The notes under the pieces: generated by a model | Database searches by the model: none | What the model was told of the DNA's origin: nothing | The model's input: the letters and a program-made list of their open reading frames with translations, nothing else | Position numbers and translations under genes: made by a program | Part shown: positions 46,539 through 60,306 of the stretch, piece after piece | Position numbering within the stretch: position 1 is the stretch's first letter | Layout of the letters: every line of letters begins with the position of its first letter | Assembly: GCF_028641065.1 (NCBI RefSeq) | Contig: NC_073389.1 | Location: forward strand, 29,016,001 to 29,080,000 | Direction: 5' to 3' | From: Leucoraja erinacea | Lineage: Eukaryota | Length of the DNA: 64,000 bases

Positions 46539-48027
46539 AACCATATAACCATATAACCATATAACAATTACAGCACGGAAACAGGCCATCTCGACCCTTT
46601 TAGTCCGTGCCGAACACATAATCTCCCCTAGTCCCATATACCTGCGCTCAGACCATAACCCTCCATTCCCTTCCCATCCATATAACTATCCAATTTATTT
46701 TTAAATGTTAAAAACGAACCTGCCTCCACCACCTTCACTGGAAGCTCATTCCACACAGCTACCACTCTCTGAGTAAAGAAGTTCCCCCTCATGTTACCCC
46801 TAAACTTCAGTCCCTTAATTCTCAAGTCATGTCCCCTTGTTTGAATCTTCCCTATTCTCAGTGGGAAAAGCTTCTCCACGTCAACTCTGTCTATCCCTCT
46901 CATCATTTTAAAAACCTCTATCAAGTCCCCCCTTAACCTTCTGCGCTCCAAAGAATAAAGCCCTAACTTGTTCAACCTTTCTCTGTAACTTAGTTGCTGA
47001 AACCCAGGCAACATTCTAGTAAATCTCCTCTGTACTCTCTCTATATTGTTGACATCCTTCCTATAGCTAGGCGACCAAAATTGTACACCATACTCCAGAA
47101 TTGGCCTCACCAATGCCTTGTACAATTTTAACATTACATCCCAACTTCTATACTCAATGCTCTGATTTATAAAGGCCAGCACACCAAAAGCTTTCTTTAC
47201 CACCCTATTTACCTGAGATTCCACTTTCAGGGAACTGTGCACAGTTATTCCCAGATCCCTCTGTTCACCTACATTCTTCAATTCCCTACCATTTACCATG
47301 TACGTCCTATTTTGATTTGTCCTGCCAAGATGTAGCACCTCACACTTATCAGCATTAAACTCCATCTGCCATCTTTCAGCCCACTCTTTCAACTGGCATA
47401 AACCTCTCTGTAGACTTTGAAACTCTACTTCATTACCCGCAACCCCACCTATCTTAGTATCATCTGCATACTTACTAATCCAATTTACCACACCATCATC
47501 CAGATCATTGATGTACATGACAAACAACAGTGGACCCAACACAGATCCCTGTGGCACCTCACTCGTCACTGGCCTCCAACCTGACAAACAACCATCCACC
47601 ATTACTCTCTGGCATCTCCCATTCAGCCACTGTTGAATCCTTCTTGCTACTCCACCAGTAATACCCAACCATTGAACCTTCTTAACCAACCTTCCATTGT
47701 CAAAGGCCTTACTGAAGTCCATATACACAACATCCACTGCTTTACCCTCATCAATTTCCCGAGTAACATCTTCAAAGAATTCAAGAAGATTAGTTAAACA
47801 TGACCTTCCAGGCACAAATCCATGTTGACTGTTCCTAATCAGACCCTGTTTATCCAGATGCTTATATATATTATCTCTAAGTATTCTTTCTATTAATTTG
47901 CCCACCACTGACGTCAAACTAACAGGTCTATAATTGCTAGGTTTACTCTTAGACCCCTTTTTAAACAATGGAACAACATGCGCAGTACGCCAATCCTCCG
48001 GCACTATTCCCGTTTCTAATGACATTT
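46539..48027 (-). mobile_element. Young 5'-truncated CR1 (HER1-like) LINE with open RT frame
   Basis: Open frame 46628-48049 with NYRPVSLTS, QHGF, DFSKAFD, VPQGSVLGP, YADD; 8-bp tandem tail (AACCATAT)n. Confidence 0.95.
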
Positions 48028-48101
48028 GTGTAGATTTCATATTTAACATTTTCTAAATGACAATGGACATTTCATATGCCTCATTTTGTTCTTCTTGTTA
48101 G

Positions 48102-48264
48102 AAATCTTCCTGTAATAATGAACTGGGTGAAGTGCCAGAAGCCGGGTGTAAATGGAGTCAACATCATCACGTCAGATTTTGTGGAACTTGTGGACTTTGC
48201 TACAACTGTGATCAAGCTAAATTACCTGCTCCTGCATGACAAGACCAAACGCGAGCAGGTTTAG
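48102..48264 (+). CDS. PLCXD2: PLCXD2 exon 4 (to stop)
   Basis: ttgttag|A AAT...TAG; NLPVIMNWVKCQKPGVNGVNIITSDFVELVDFATTVIKLN...; the four exons sum to 1008 nt = 335 aa + stop. Confidence 0.95.
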
Positions 48265-49004
48265 CACCCTCCCTTGCACTAGAGGCTGTTAAAATAACAA
48301 AGACAGGATGGCATCTGGTTTTCAGATGTGGTGTGCTGTGGGCTTGTTGGGCCTGTGTGTGCGGATGTATTTCAGTCTCCACTTTAAAGTTGCACATTCT
48401 GCCCTCATGTTTCCAACAAAGAATCGCTTGTGCAAACTAATTGTACGGCATTAAATTCTGCACCATTCCCATTGGAGGGTGGGTGTGACCAAACTGACAA
48501 GTTTAACATAAAACAAAGTGCTGGAAATGCCCAGCAAGTCGGGGCATCTGAAGTCTAAAAAGGTTGGAGATGGAAAAAAATTATATTGCTGCGATTGATT
48601 CCAGAAGGTAATCTTTCATATATTTGTATGCTCCTGGCCTTTGTCACTCCTGACCTCCTTCTCCTGGCTGCGTCATTCCTTTCCTCATTGATCATCACTG
48701 CTACCCCATTACTGTCCTTCCTATTAAAACCTATGTTCCCCCCATCACTGCCCCAAGCCCCACAATATGCATCAGAATATTTATTTTATCTTTTGTCACG
48801 TCACGAGTCGAGAGTGTTTTATTATCATATGTCCCGATTGCAAAGACTAAATCAATCCTCCAAAGTGTTTAATGTAGTGGTTGTTGGAAGATCATCGAAA
48901 TGAAAGGTGAATTTTCTCTCCCCACAGATGTTGCCTGACCTGCTGAGTAATTCCAGCAGTTACAGAAACGTTTTTATTCGCACTTGTGACAAGTCTTCCC
49001 CAGA

Positions 49005-49113
49005 TTATGTACACCCCATGTATGTACAGCCCATTCATATACAGTTATGTACACCCCATGTATGTACAGCCCATTCATATACAGTTATGTACACCCTAAG
49101 TATGTACAGCCCA
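49005..49113. repeat. 40-bp tandem repeat, ~2.7 copies
   Basis: TTATGTACACCCCATGTATGTACAGCCCATTCATATACAG units. Confidence 0.85.
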
Positions 49114-50244
49114 TACATATAAATGAGCAAGTAGGATACCAGTGGGATGGATTTACCAGTTGCTGAGGGGCTACAGGCATCTCCTGCTGCGTGGGAATTT
49201 GTTTCAATGCAATATCTGAATTGTTGAGCTGAACGCCCGGGTGAAACTACAGGTTGCCCTTGGTTGCTTATGTTTTTGTTTAAATATATTACCAAGCAGC
49301 CACATTTTGGGTTACAAACAGTTTTCTGGAACAGAACCCTGTTTTAACCTGGGGAGGATCTGTACACAATTATAAAAATGGGTGTATAGAAGGAGGATAA
49401 TGAATGTGATCGATTTATATTTAGAACTCGGCAATATTGTTATTAAATTGAAGAGTTTAAGTTCTCTCGTACTGGACATGTCCCATAGCCCTGCCACTTG
49501 CAACACAATGTCCTTCTGTGTTTGTATTGTTGCCCTCTAAATGCCCCATTATCCTTTTGACCAGAACACCCAAGTTATCCCCATGGCAGCCCTGATCTTA
49601 CCCTCCCAATCATTCCCTTTGAGCTATACATCCCTCCGCAACTTAAAACTACATTATCTTTTTCTCCTTGATTAAAGGTCTGTGACCCGAAACGTTGACT
49701 CTGTTTTCCTCTCCACAGATGCTGCCTGACCTGCTGAGTGCTTCCAGCACTTTCTGCTTTTGTTTCAGTTTGCACTGTCTACAGTATTTTTTTTTTAAAT
49801 CATGAGTTTTTTGAAATTCTGCTTTGGAAAATGAATAGTTTTTTAAACATTTTTGATTCAGGTTGTCTGAAAGAAGCGTATTGCCTGGGCTGGTGGTAGA
49901 GATGAAAGAAGCATTGCAAAAGATTTGGAAACCTGAAATAAAAGCAGAAATGCTGGAGGAGACATACCAAATTCAGTTTGATTTATCATTTTGTGTGTGT
50001 GTGTGTGACACAGTTTAAACAGTAACAAATTGATAATGGAGTATCAAATCTTAATGGATCATCTTAAAAACGTTTGATTATTGAGTTTCATTGCCTGGAC
50101 TGCAATTTAACGCAAATGCAAAACGGATATGTGGACCCGCAGTTAAATATAAATCGCAATGGGATTGTACTTTGTCATGCCGAATTCGATTTGATCGACA
50201 TTTTTTTTTTGTATTTTCTCGAGTCCAACAGCTTCAATTAATGT

Positions 50245-50680
50245 GTAAGAAGGAACTGCAGATGTTGGTTTAAACCGAAGATAGACATAAAAAACTGGAG
50301 TAACTCTGCGGAACAGGCAGCATCACTGGATAGAAGGAATAGTAATCAACAGTACTGTACACTGACAATGACAATTAAAGTCTGAATCTGAATCTGAATC
50401 GGTAGTTGACGTTTCGGGTAGAGCCCCTTCTTCAGACTGGTTAGGGATAAGGGAAATGAGAGATATGGACGGTGTTTAATGGCCTGTTTCCTTTATCATC
50501 GTTACTCTGTGCATATATTTCATTCATTGTTCTTTATCTCTCCACATCACCATCTATATCTCTCGTTTCCCTTATCCCTTAACAGTCTGAAGAAGGGTCT
50601 CGACCCAAAACGTCACCCATTCCTTCTCTCCAGACATGCTGCCTGTTCCCCTGAGTTACTCCAGCATTTTGTGTCTAGCT
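50245..50680. mobile_element. Palindromic Penelope-terminus repeat pair with hammerhead-like cores
   Basis: Minus core at ~50409-50437 and plus core CTGAAGAAGGGTCTCGACCCAAAACGTC at ~50587-50614; inner inverted repeat GTTAGGGATAAGGGAAA / TTTCCCTTATCCCTTAAC. Confidence 0.7.
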
Positions 50681-51605
50681 TCAATTAATGCTCAGCAACA
50701 CTGGAATTCCATACAAAGCAACGACAATAGACTATTTTCCTTTCCAGGTATGCGTATACTGATTTCTTGTCTTTATTGTAAGTTAGGAGAGTAATTGGAT
50801 CACATAATGTTATGTTTGAAGAATTCACTTAGTCCGTGTCATAACATTGATTGTCTTAATCATTACATTAGTTCCTGTGGAAAGTAGGATTTCTATTCCA
50901 CACCTGGGGTGTAAAGTGGTTGAACTACATCTGTAGTTTAGTAAAAATATGTGAGCCAAGTTCTATTGCTGTCTCACAGTACTTGGGCATTTTGGTTTTT
51001 GTTTTTGGTTTAGTTGCAGGGTGCTTTCTCAGGTTTTATTTAGCAAAATAAGGTATTTTTGATTTTTCTTTTTAAAACCTTCACGTAAGGTACTCATCTT
51101 CAATCCCTGTAAATTGTAACTAAATTAAAATAGGTAGAAGGAATATCTGTGGACCAGCAGCTGAATTATTTATTCTGCAAATTCTTCATATGATGAGTGC
51201 CTCGAGTCTATCACCACTTCCATGCGAGCGTTTGCTCTTCAGTCTTTTCCACCACACAAGACCTGCAAATCCAAAGGCATTATTCTGTAAAAAATAAATG
51301 GTCCTTATTAGAACAGTCAAAATATCCAGTGGTTCAACTAACTGCCTGACACCCTTCATTTCAAAACTAGGAGGTCACCAAATTGATTAGAGATGACTAA
51401 CCAATCATTCTTGTGTTTCAGTTATTAGTTTCTCAAGTTAATTTTTGTGGCCGTAATACTTGAAGAACAGGATATTTAAACGTGTATGAGAATTGTCATT
51501 AATAAATTGTTTTCAGGGATAGCTTCTAATGTATTGTTGGGAAAGTGCAATGTCTATGTTTCCAATCAACAATTACGTTTTCTGTACTCTTTTCTGATTT
51601 GTACA

Positions 51606-51611
51606 AATAAA
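51606..51611 (+). terminator. Candidate PLCXD2 distal polyadenylation signal
   Basis: AATAAA at the end of a long AT-rich, UTR-like stretch (TTTGTACAAATAAA); other AATAAA hexamers exist upstream. Confidence 0.3.
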
Positions 51612-52817
51612 TATTTTAAATGACGCTCTGATTATTCAATTTGCTATTTAAAAGGCAGAAGAAAACTGAAGGTTCATTGTCTTTCTTGATATAATCAAGA
51701 TATGATCACGGAATTGTTGGATCTCCAGTCACTAGGAGAACCATGTGGATCAGGAGTTCACATGGAATCATTAGTTGTATCACTGAAGGAGGCCATTAGA
51801 TCCATTCTGTTTACGGTACTCGCAGATGCTGGAATCTCTGGAAAACAAACTACTAGAGGAACACAGCTGGTCAGGCAGTAACTGTGGTGGGAGATGGATG
51901 GCATTTTGGGTCAGGCCCCTTTGTCAAACCGATGGAGTAGAAAGCTGGTAAAGTGAGATGGAGGCGAAGCAATAATCCATTAGGTACCTGCTTGCTCTTT
52001 GCAAGAACAATCCAGCCAATCCCAACAAACCCCATCCCCCTCCCCTATTATCAATTTCTACCCCCACTCCTGCAAATTCTTCCCTTTCCCTCCTAACACT
52101 GCAAATTAATTTGCCCTGGTAGCACATTTCATTATGTTACATCTGATTCTTTTGTCATCATCTTTATTGGATGTCCCCTTGTTCTTGACCACTCCACCAA
52201 TAGGAACAGTTCCTCTCTATCTGTTCTGCCTACAGCCTTCATGAACTTAAATCTCTGTCCAGTGCCTTTGCAACTCCATCTGTTCCTAACAGCGAAATCC
52301 CATCTCCTTCAAATTCCTCATCCCCAGGAATCACATTGATAAATGTCTTCTGCACCCTCTAAAGAATTCCAAAGCAACTATCAAAAAATAGAAAAACGTA
52401 GAGTGGAAACGTTTGTTTATTTGGAGGTGACGACACACAAGGATGGTTGATGGTCTAGGGAGTTTTTTGGGAATGCTGAGAACTATAACAGAGTTATATT
52501 TATTGGGTCTCTGAAATTGATTTGATAAACATATTTGTCTGTAATCAGATTCCAAAAGATAAGGGACAATATCCCGATGTAACATTCTGTTAGCTTCACT
52601 AAACAACAGCCACAAACCAAAGTGATGAAGCCTGGTGATGAGACCACCAGTGAAGAATGAACGCCTTGTGTGAACTGTTGGATACACTCGGTTCCAAGCC
52701 CTTCTGCATCAATTGGAACAACGGATGGATGCTGCACTTTGGTTAATTGGTGACTGGAAAGTGATGGACAATAATCCAGCTGAGATTGGGTAACTGGCTG
52801 AAATGGATGGGAGCAAT

Positions 52818-53690
52818 CATATAACCATATAACAATTACAGCATGGAAAACAGGCCATCTTGGCCCTTCAAGTCCGTGCCGAACACTTACTCTCCTAGTC
52901 CCATCTACCTGCACTCGGACCATAACCCTCCATTCCTTTCCCGTCCATATACCTATCCAATTTATTTTTAAATGATAACATTGAACCTGCCTCCACCACT
53001 TCCACTGGAAGCTCATTCCACACAGCTACCACTCTCTGAGTAAAGAAGTTCCCCCTCATGTTACCCCTAAACTTCTGTCACTTAATTCTCAAGTCATGTC
53101 CTCTTGTTTGAATCTTCCTTACTCTCACTGGGAAAAGCTTATCCACGTCAACTCTGTCTATCCCTCTCATCATTTTAAAGACCTCTATCAAGTCCCCCCT
53201 TAACCTTCTGCGCTCCAAAGAGTAAAGACCTAACTTGTTCAACCTTTCTCTGTAACTTAGTTGCTGAAACCCAGGCAACATTCTAGTAAATCTCCTCTGT
53301 ACTCTTTCTATTTTGTTGACATCCTTCCTATAGCTAGGCGACCAAAATTGTACACCATACTCCAGAATTGGCCTCACCAATGCCTTGTACAATTTTAACA
53401 TTTATATCCCAACTTCTATACTCAATACTCTGATTTATAAAGGCCAGCACACCAAAAGCTTTCTTTACCAACCTATCTACATGAGATTCCACCTTCAGGG
53501 AACTATGCACAGTTATTCCTAGATCCCTCTGTTCAACTGCATTCCTCAATTCGCTACCATTTACCATGTAGTCCTATTTTGATTTGTCCTGCCAAGATGT
53601 AGCACCTCACACTTATCAGCATTAAACTCCATCTGCCATCTTTCAGCCCACTCTTTCAAATGGCCTAAATCTCTCTGTAGACTTTGGAAA
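52818..53690 (-). mobile_element. Second copy of the same young CR1 subfamily
   Basis: Nearly identical to 46539-47420; same (ATATAACC) tail; frameshift near 53400. Confidence 0.93.
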
Positions 53691-54089
53691 TCCACTGAAT
53701 GCGGTACATCCAAAAGGAAGAGCATAGAAGGAATTAGAGGAAGAAGGGTTTTGGAAATGGATTTAATTCCTTATCAAACCCCAAAACCACATGATGCCCT
53801 AGGATGGAGAGGAGGAATCGTCAACCTACGTATCAGAGAACTCTAGGTTTCGGATGTTTGATATTGAGCACCCAGAGTCTTGACTATGCAAATGAGTGCT
53901 TGCACCTTGTGTAATGAAGAGTTTGGAGCAAACTAAGTGTGTTGGTGTTGTGCTTTAACTGGGCACAACAGTGTCCTCTTCCATCATGGAAAGGGATTCA
54001 ATGATTCTCAATGAAGGACATCATTATCCTCAGGTGATTTTTTTTGCAATGTGAAGGCGTTATTGTACTTTTTAAACCTTTTTAAGTCA

Positions 54090-55215
54090 CAGGCCTCCAG
54101 TCCAAAAAGCAACCTTCCACCAGCACCCTCTGCTTCTTTCCATGGAACCAAATTTCTATCCATTCAGCTCTAACCTACCAGAGCAGTCTACATGCAGAAC
54201 CTTGCAGAGTGCCTGCTGAAATCCATGTATACAATGTCTACAGCTCTACCTTGGTCGAGCTTTTTGGTCACATCCTCAAAAAACTCAATCAGATTCGTGA
54301 GACAGGACCTCCCACGTACAAAACCATGTTGACTATCCCTAATCAGTCCTTGTCCATCTAAATGTATGTATATCCTACCGCTCAGAATCTTCTCTGATAA
54401 CTTTCCAACCACAGATGTTAAGCTCACTGGCCTGTAGATCCCAGCCTTTCCCCTTCATCCCTTCTTAAATAGAGGCACAACATTTGCCACGAATCTCAGC
54501 CAGAGCTCCTGCAATTTCCTCTCTAGCTTCCCACGGTGTCCTCTGATATATCTGATCAGGCCCAGGAGATTTGTCTATATTCATACACGTCAGGACCTTC
54601 AGCACCTCTGTGACCGAAATACTGACTGCTCTCAAGACATTTCCAGTGACTGTCTACCACAACTCAAGTGTCCTGGCCCAAAATGTCATCTAACCATTTC
54701 CTCCAGACTGACCCGCTGAGTTACTCCAACATTTTGGTGTATTATTATCGTTGGTGTGAGATGTGTTGGGTTGTACCCAGGATGATGTGTGAGTGCCGCT
54801 TTGTACTCACGGTAGTTATTAGTGCTGTACTAGCTCCTAGAGTTCACATAGAACTTGGATTCTTTTCTCTGGAGAGTCGGAGGCTGAGGGGAGACCTGCG
54901 AACAGCATATACAATTATGAGAGGCATAGGTCGGGTAAACAGTCAATATATTTTTCTCAGGATGAAGATTTCAAGGTCAAATGGGGAAATGTAATTTAAA
55001 GGGAATGTTGGATGCAATTGTCTTACACAGCAGGTTGTGGGTGCCTGAATCGTGCTTCCAGAGGTGATGGTGGAGCCAGATACCACAGTGGCGTTTAAGG
55101 GGTTGTTAGATAGGTAAATGCAGGGAATGGAGGTAAATGGATCACATGCAGGCAAAGGAGATAGTTGAACTTGGCATTGTGACCAGTACTGACATTATGG
55201 GCCGAAGGGTCTCCG
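54090..55215. mobile_element. Older CR1 fragments (minus 54090-54650; plus 54850-55215)
   Basis: SLTSVVGKL...SQHGFVRGRSCLTNL; FSLESRRLRGDL. Confidence 0.75.
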
Positions 55216-55229
55216 CATTCATGGTTGCA

Positions 55230-55570
55230 CTCGTGTCCAGCGCGCCGCCGGGTCCGCCCGCTCCCCGCCCCCGTGTGCGCGCCCCCCGCTCCCGCCTCCA
55301 CCCCTGCCTGCCTGCCTGCGCTACGTGGCCGGAGGGAGGGAGCGGCGGCCGGGGGGAGGGAGCGCACAGCGGTCCGGCCCGAGGGGCGGCGGAGCCGGCG
55401 ACAGGCGGAGTGTGAGTACCCGAGCCCTCCCCGGAGCCCAGGCTCACACTTCCCACACAGCAGGGGCCAGGACTGGGCTGGGCTGGGGAGAGGAGCAGCC
55501 TGTTCACGCCGGGGTCTTTGGGGGACGTAGCGATGGCTGTGGCTCCTCTCCGCAGCCAGCTGACAGGGCG
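55230..55570 (+). promoter_or_regulatory. CpG island with probable non-coding first exon of the next gene
   Basis: CpG-dense, GC boxes CCCCGCCCC, TACGTG, donor GTGAGT at 55412-55417. Confidence 0.55.
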
Positions 55571-58500
55571 GTTTAAAGGTGTATTAATTACCATGTCTGA
55601 CAGTCACTTTCTTTCTTCCTCCTTCTGCACTCCCCCCACCAACTTACCTATTCCTTCCAGCCTCCTCCCCCAAGCCCCCCCCCCCCCCCCCCCACTTTCA
55701 CAGCACCCCCATCCTCACCTCACGTCCCCCATCCATCCACCCTCCATCTCTCATTTCCTCCTTCTCCCCTTCCACCCCTCCCCCTTTCACAGCACCTCCA
55801 TCCTCCATCCCCCATCCATCCCCTCCCTCTCATGTCCCCCCACCCATCCCCCATCCACAGCACCCTCCATCCTTACCTCTCTCTCACCTCCCTTTCAGTT
55901 CCTCCTTCCCCCCTTCCACCCCCCCCCCCCCCCTTTCCACACCCTCCACTCCTCCCTTTCCCCCTTACATATCCCTTCCCCCTTCCCATTCCTCCAACCC
56001 CCTCCCATCCACAACTCCCTCCCTCCCCACTCCCGTCCCACTGTCCACCTCCTACTGCCCCCTCCCGCATGCTCTTTCACCTCTTCACTCCTCCGCTCTC
56101 CTTCTCCCCCTCTCCCGCTGTTCCCCTCTTCCCCTTTCTCTCTCCCCCAGGGTGTGGTGGTGGGGTAAGCTGAGAACCTGTTGGTGAACCTAGAGACATT
56201 GGTGAAGAGAAGGGATGAGGGATGATTCTCAGGACAGGGAACCAAGGCTTGTAGCTGGCTCAGTTTGGCGCAGTTTGATCTGGTGTCAGCAAAGTGGAAC
56301 GTTGATTTGAATTATTGTAGCATGTAATTTTCAGCTCAGTGACTTTCCCTCCATTCCTTTTCATCTAAACCCATCTATACACTAGTTCCTCCTTTGTGGT
56401 TCGGTAGCTTCTCCCTGAAGGCATTTCTTGTGGTAATGAGAATCGTATCTTCCCAATGGCCATGGGCCATCTGAAGGCAGCTGCAGGGCTGTGGAGAGGG
56501 AGCCATTCAGGGCAACACGTGAAGCAGCAGCTGGAAGCAGGAGCAAGAGGTCTGAGGACAGTGGAAACCAGCTGCATGTCTATGCAGGATAGACGCACAG
56601 TGCTGGAGTAACTCAGCGGGTCAGGCAGCATCTCTGGAGAAAAAGAATGGATGATGTTTCGGGATGAGACCCTTTGCCCACCACCCTGGGGACTCAACAC
56701 TTTGTGTCTATCTCCGCCACTTTCTTGGGTATAAACCAACATTTAGTTCCTTGTTTCTACTTCAATTCATGGCAAAGCAATTATTTTATGTTATCAACAC
56801 GGAGTCTCAGTTGTAAAAGGCTATGAGTCCGTCCTTGTGGTGACAGCCCAGGATGACACTATCATGCCAGGGTTAGTTGTGAAAACGATCAACAGATATA
56901 AAAGCAGCAGTAGACCATTCGGCCCCTTGAGCCTGCTCTACCATTTCAGTACACAGCTATGCACAAACATCACATCCCTACACTAGCCCCATATCCCTTA
57001 ATTCTCCTAAGGTCTCTCATTTCTACCCTGACCTTATGGGGCGACTGAGTCTCCACAGTCTCTTGGGTGGAGAATTTCAAAAATTCAGCATTCCCCAGTT
57101 GAAGTAATCCCTCTTTGTCTGTTCTGAGAGGCGAACCCCTTATTTTCACAGTGGAGTGGTGAATCTTATTTTCACAGAGAGTGGTGAATCTCTGGAACTC
57201 TCTGCCACAGAGGGTAGTTGAGGCCAGCAGGTTCATTGGCTATATTTAAGAGGGAGTTAGATGTGAATGTCCTTGTGGCACTTGGGGATCAGGGGGTATG
57301 TGTGAGATTCAAGGCAGGTACGGGATACTGAGTTGGATGATCAGCCATGATCATATTGAATGCTGGGGGTGCAGGCAGCATCTCTGGGAGAAGGAATGGG
57401 TACTCCTGCACCTAATTTCTATGTTTCTAGTTTTGAGACTGTGCCACCTAGGCCCCTGGTATTAGGTAGGCACTTACCCAGTTTTGATCATTTAACTACC
57501 TCCCCAACCTGTGACTTCTACCACTGAGGAGACAAGGGCAGCAGGGGCATGGGATGGGCATGGCACCTCCCCCACCACAATCAATCAGAAGAAGGGTTCC
57601 GACTTGAAATGTCACCTATCCATGTTCTGCTGACATGCTGCCTGACCCGCTGAGTTACTCCAGCACTTTGTGTCTTTTTCTAACGGCATCATGACTGGGA
57701 CAGACATTGTGGGCCAAAAGGCCAGTTCCTGTGCTACATTGTTCTAACAGTGAGAGAGTTAACCAGAGGTACAAGGGAAATACCAGCAAATGGACGGATC
57801 AGCTTGCAGAAATGTTGGGATGCGTTTTGCAAAGTTCAAGGTGTACAGGCAGACTGAATGCTGTGTGTTGATGTGAAAGAATGTCGAGATCTAAATCTTT
57901 ACAACAAATTCATCCAATGAGATTTTAAATGGGCGATACCTTGAAATGCTGTCCGATCTTTATCATTCCTTGTTTAAATATTTAAGAGTAGGATTGCATG
58001 CGTTGTCCAGACTTTGATATGAAAGGTAGAACAAGCTTTTTGTCCAAAGCTGTGCAGCACTCAAGCTTCAACAGGAAAGTGTGCCCCAACATTCGCAATC
58101 ACTCACTGACAGGAATGTCTGAACATATTTGGTTCAATGTTTATCCTAAATGGCAGCCTGTGCTGTGAAAAACCTTTTCTTCAGTTTCAATCAGATAAAT
58201 CTTTTATCTGCACAAATCCTTCTCCTGGTCGTGGGTGAAAGTCTGTTCACAACCCTGATCAAAGATTCCTCTCACAGGAAGTTTGCTTGCGATGTGGGAC
58301 CAATGCCATCCATAAGCAGGATAACAGGATGATGAGTGGGATGAAACTAATGCTATGGCAGGGCAGTGTTGAGTTTGAACCTGCCCAATCCTCAGTGTTC
58401 TTGTTCATAGTTACAGTAAAACCTAGTCAGGCATGGAGCCCTCCCCACTTGCCCACTTAATCGGCACTCCATCCATCATGCTAAACACTAGTACACCACC

Positions 58501-60306
58501 GGTACAATGTGCACTGTGGTTACTTGCCCGAGCCGATCAAACGACATCTACGCAACCCGTAACTTCTACCACTGAGGAGATGGGCAGCAGGGGAATGGGA
58601 ACACCACCACCTATAGATTTGTTACCCAATCCTCACTTGGAATTGTTACACTGCTCCTTCATTGCCACTGGGTCTAAGTCCTGGATCTTCTGCTCCAAAG
58701 GCACTATGAGAACCCCTTCACCAGAAAAACTACAATGGTTCAAGATGGTGGTGAATAGAGATGGACAATGAATATGTCTGTTCAAATAAGTGTTGGACAA
58801 ACAGTGCCCAGAAATCTGGAAACTGAATAAAAAGGCTTCCATTTCATATAGCAAAAACCTCTCTGCACGGTTGCCAGTGGCAATATCAAACCAACAGTTG
58901 GTATTGAGCCCCATGAGGGAATGTTGGTGCGGGTGATCACAACCGATTGAAGCATATTTGAATGGTGGTGGTGACACTTCAGGAAGGAACTCCAGAGGTT
59001 AAGGTCTTGGGCCCTGAGTGGACAGTTTGCACAGCACTGCCAGTGAGCCAGATTGGGGAGCCAATATCTATCACTTGGTAGGTTAATTGACCTCTGTAAA
59101 TGACCCGTGGTATACAGGTGAGTGGTGGGTGGAATTTGGGGGGCGTTGATGGGAATATGGGGAGATTAAAATTAGATTAGTGTAAATGGTTGGTTGATGG
59201 TCAGCATGGATATAGCAGGCCGAAGGGCCTTTTCTGTGATTTATGGTTCCATGACCAATTTGAAGAATGCAGAGAAGGTGGGGTTGGTGGGGAGGGAGAG
59301 AGTGGGTTGCTTTAGATTCTACATTGGGGAGGAGGTTGCCAAGGTCACAGTGAGCGAGACAAAGAAACGGAAGAGGTTAGTCAGCATCTGTGGAGAAAAG
59401 GAATAGTCGACGTTTCTGGTCGAGACCCTTCTGCAGACACGGTAGTTTGAACGGGACAGGAGTTCTCTGCGGGCACCTGGCCAAAAGCCAGCTCTCTCTC
59501 AGCAAACCCTGGGCAGATTACTCGTCCATGATCACATTGTGAGTTCTTCCTGCACTCAAACAGATTCCAAGTTACTACCTTCCAAAGTACTTTGCTGACT
59601 ATAACGTGCACAAGGATGAAATGCATTGTAGAAATGCTGTAATTTATGACTGTGTATGCAGCCTATCTTGTGTTGCATGTGATTCTGAATATTAACAGCT
59701 GAGTTACACAGTGATTTAAATAAGTTCATTCCACATCCATGCAACCACAACTATTTCAGTCCTGCTGGTCAATTCTGCTTGTAATTAATAATTTATTACT
59801 TTGTGCATTCCTTTTCCCCAAATAGTCCAATGATAGGCACCATCCCTTTACGAAATGAAACAGTCTCCTGGGGCAGCAGCCTTAAGCCCAGATGTCCGCA
59901 GCTGGAAGTCCCTGCATTTCACAGTCAGACTATGTACGGGTTGTGCTGTAGCAGCGGGACTCATGAATTTACAAACACGGCATTTATTACGAAAGGTACA
60001 TGGAACAGGAGACCTGGAGTCAATACCAAATGTAAACAAAACTCTCTGCATTATATCAGCCATGAGAATCTGTTAGCACTGCTATTGAAGTTACTTCATG
60101 GAGGTGACTTACATATTCATGGGGAGATAGAGCACAAAAAACAGGCCCTTTGCCTCATTGGGTCCATGTTGACCATCAAATACACATTTTTACACTAATC
60201 CTACCCCACACATATTATTCTAACCACATTCCCCTCAACCCCCCAGATTACATCTCTCACCTACACACCAGTGACAATTTACAGCAGCCAGTTAATCTAT
60301 TAAATT

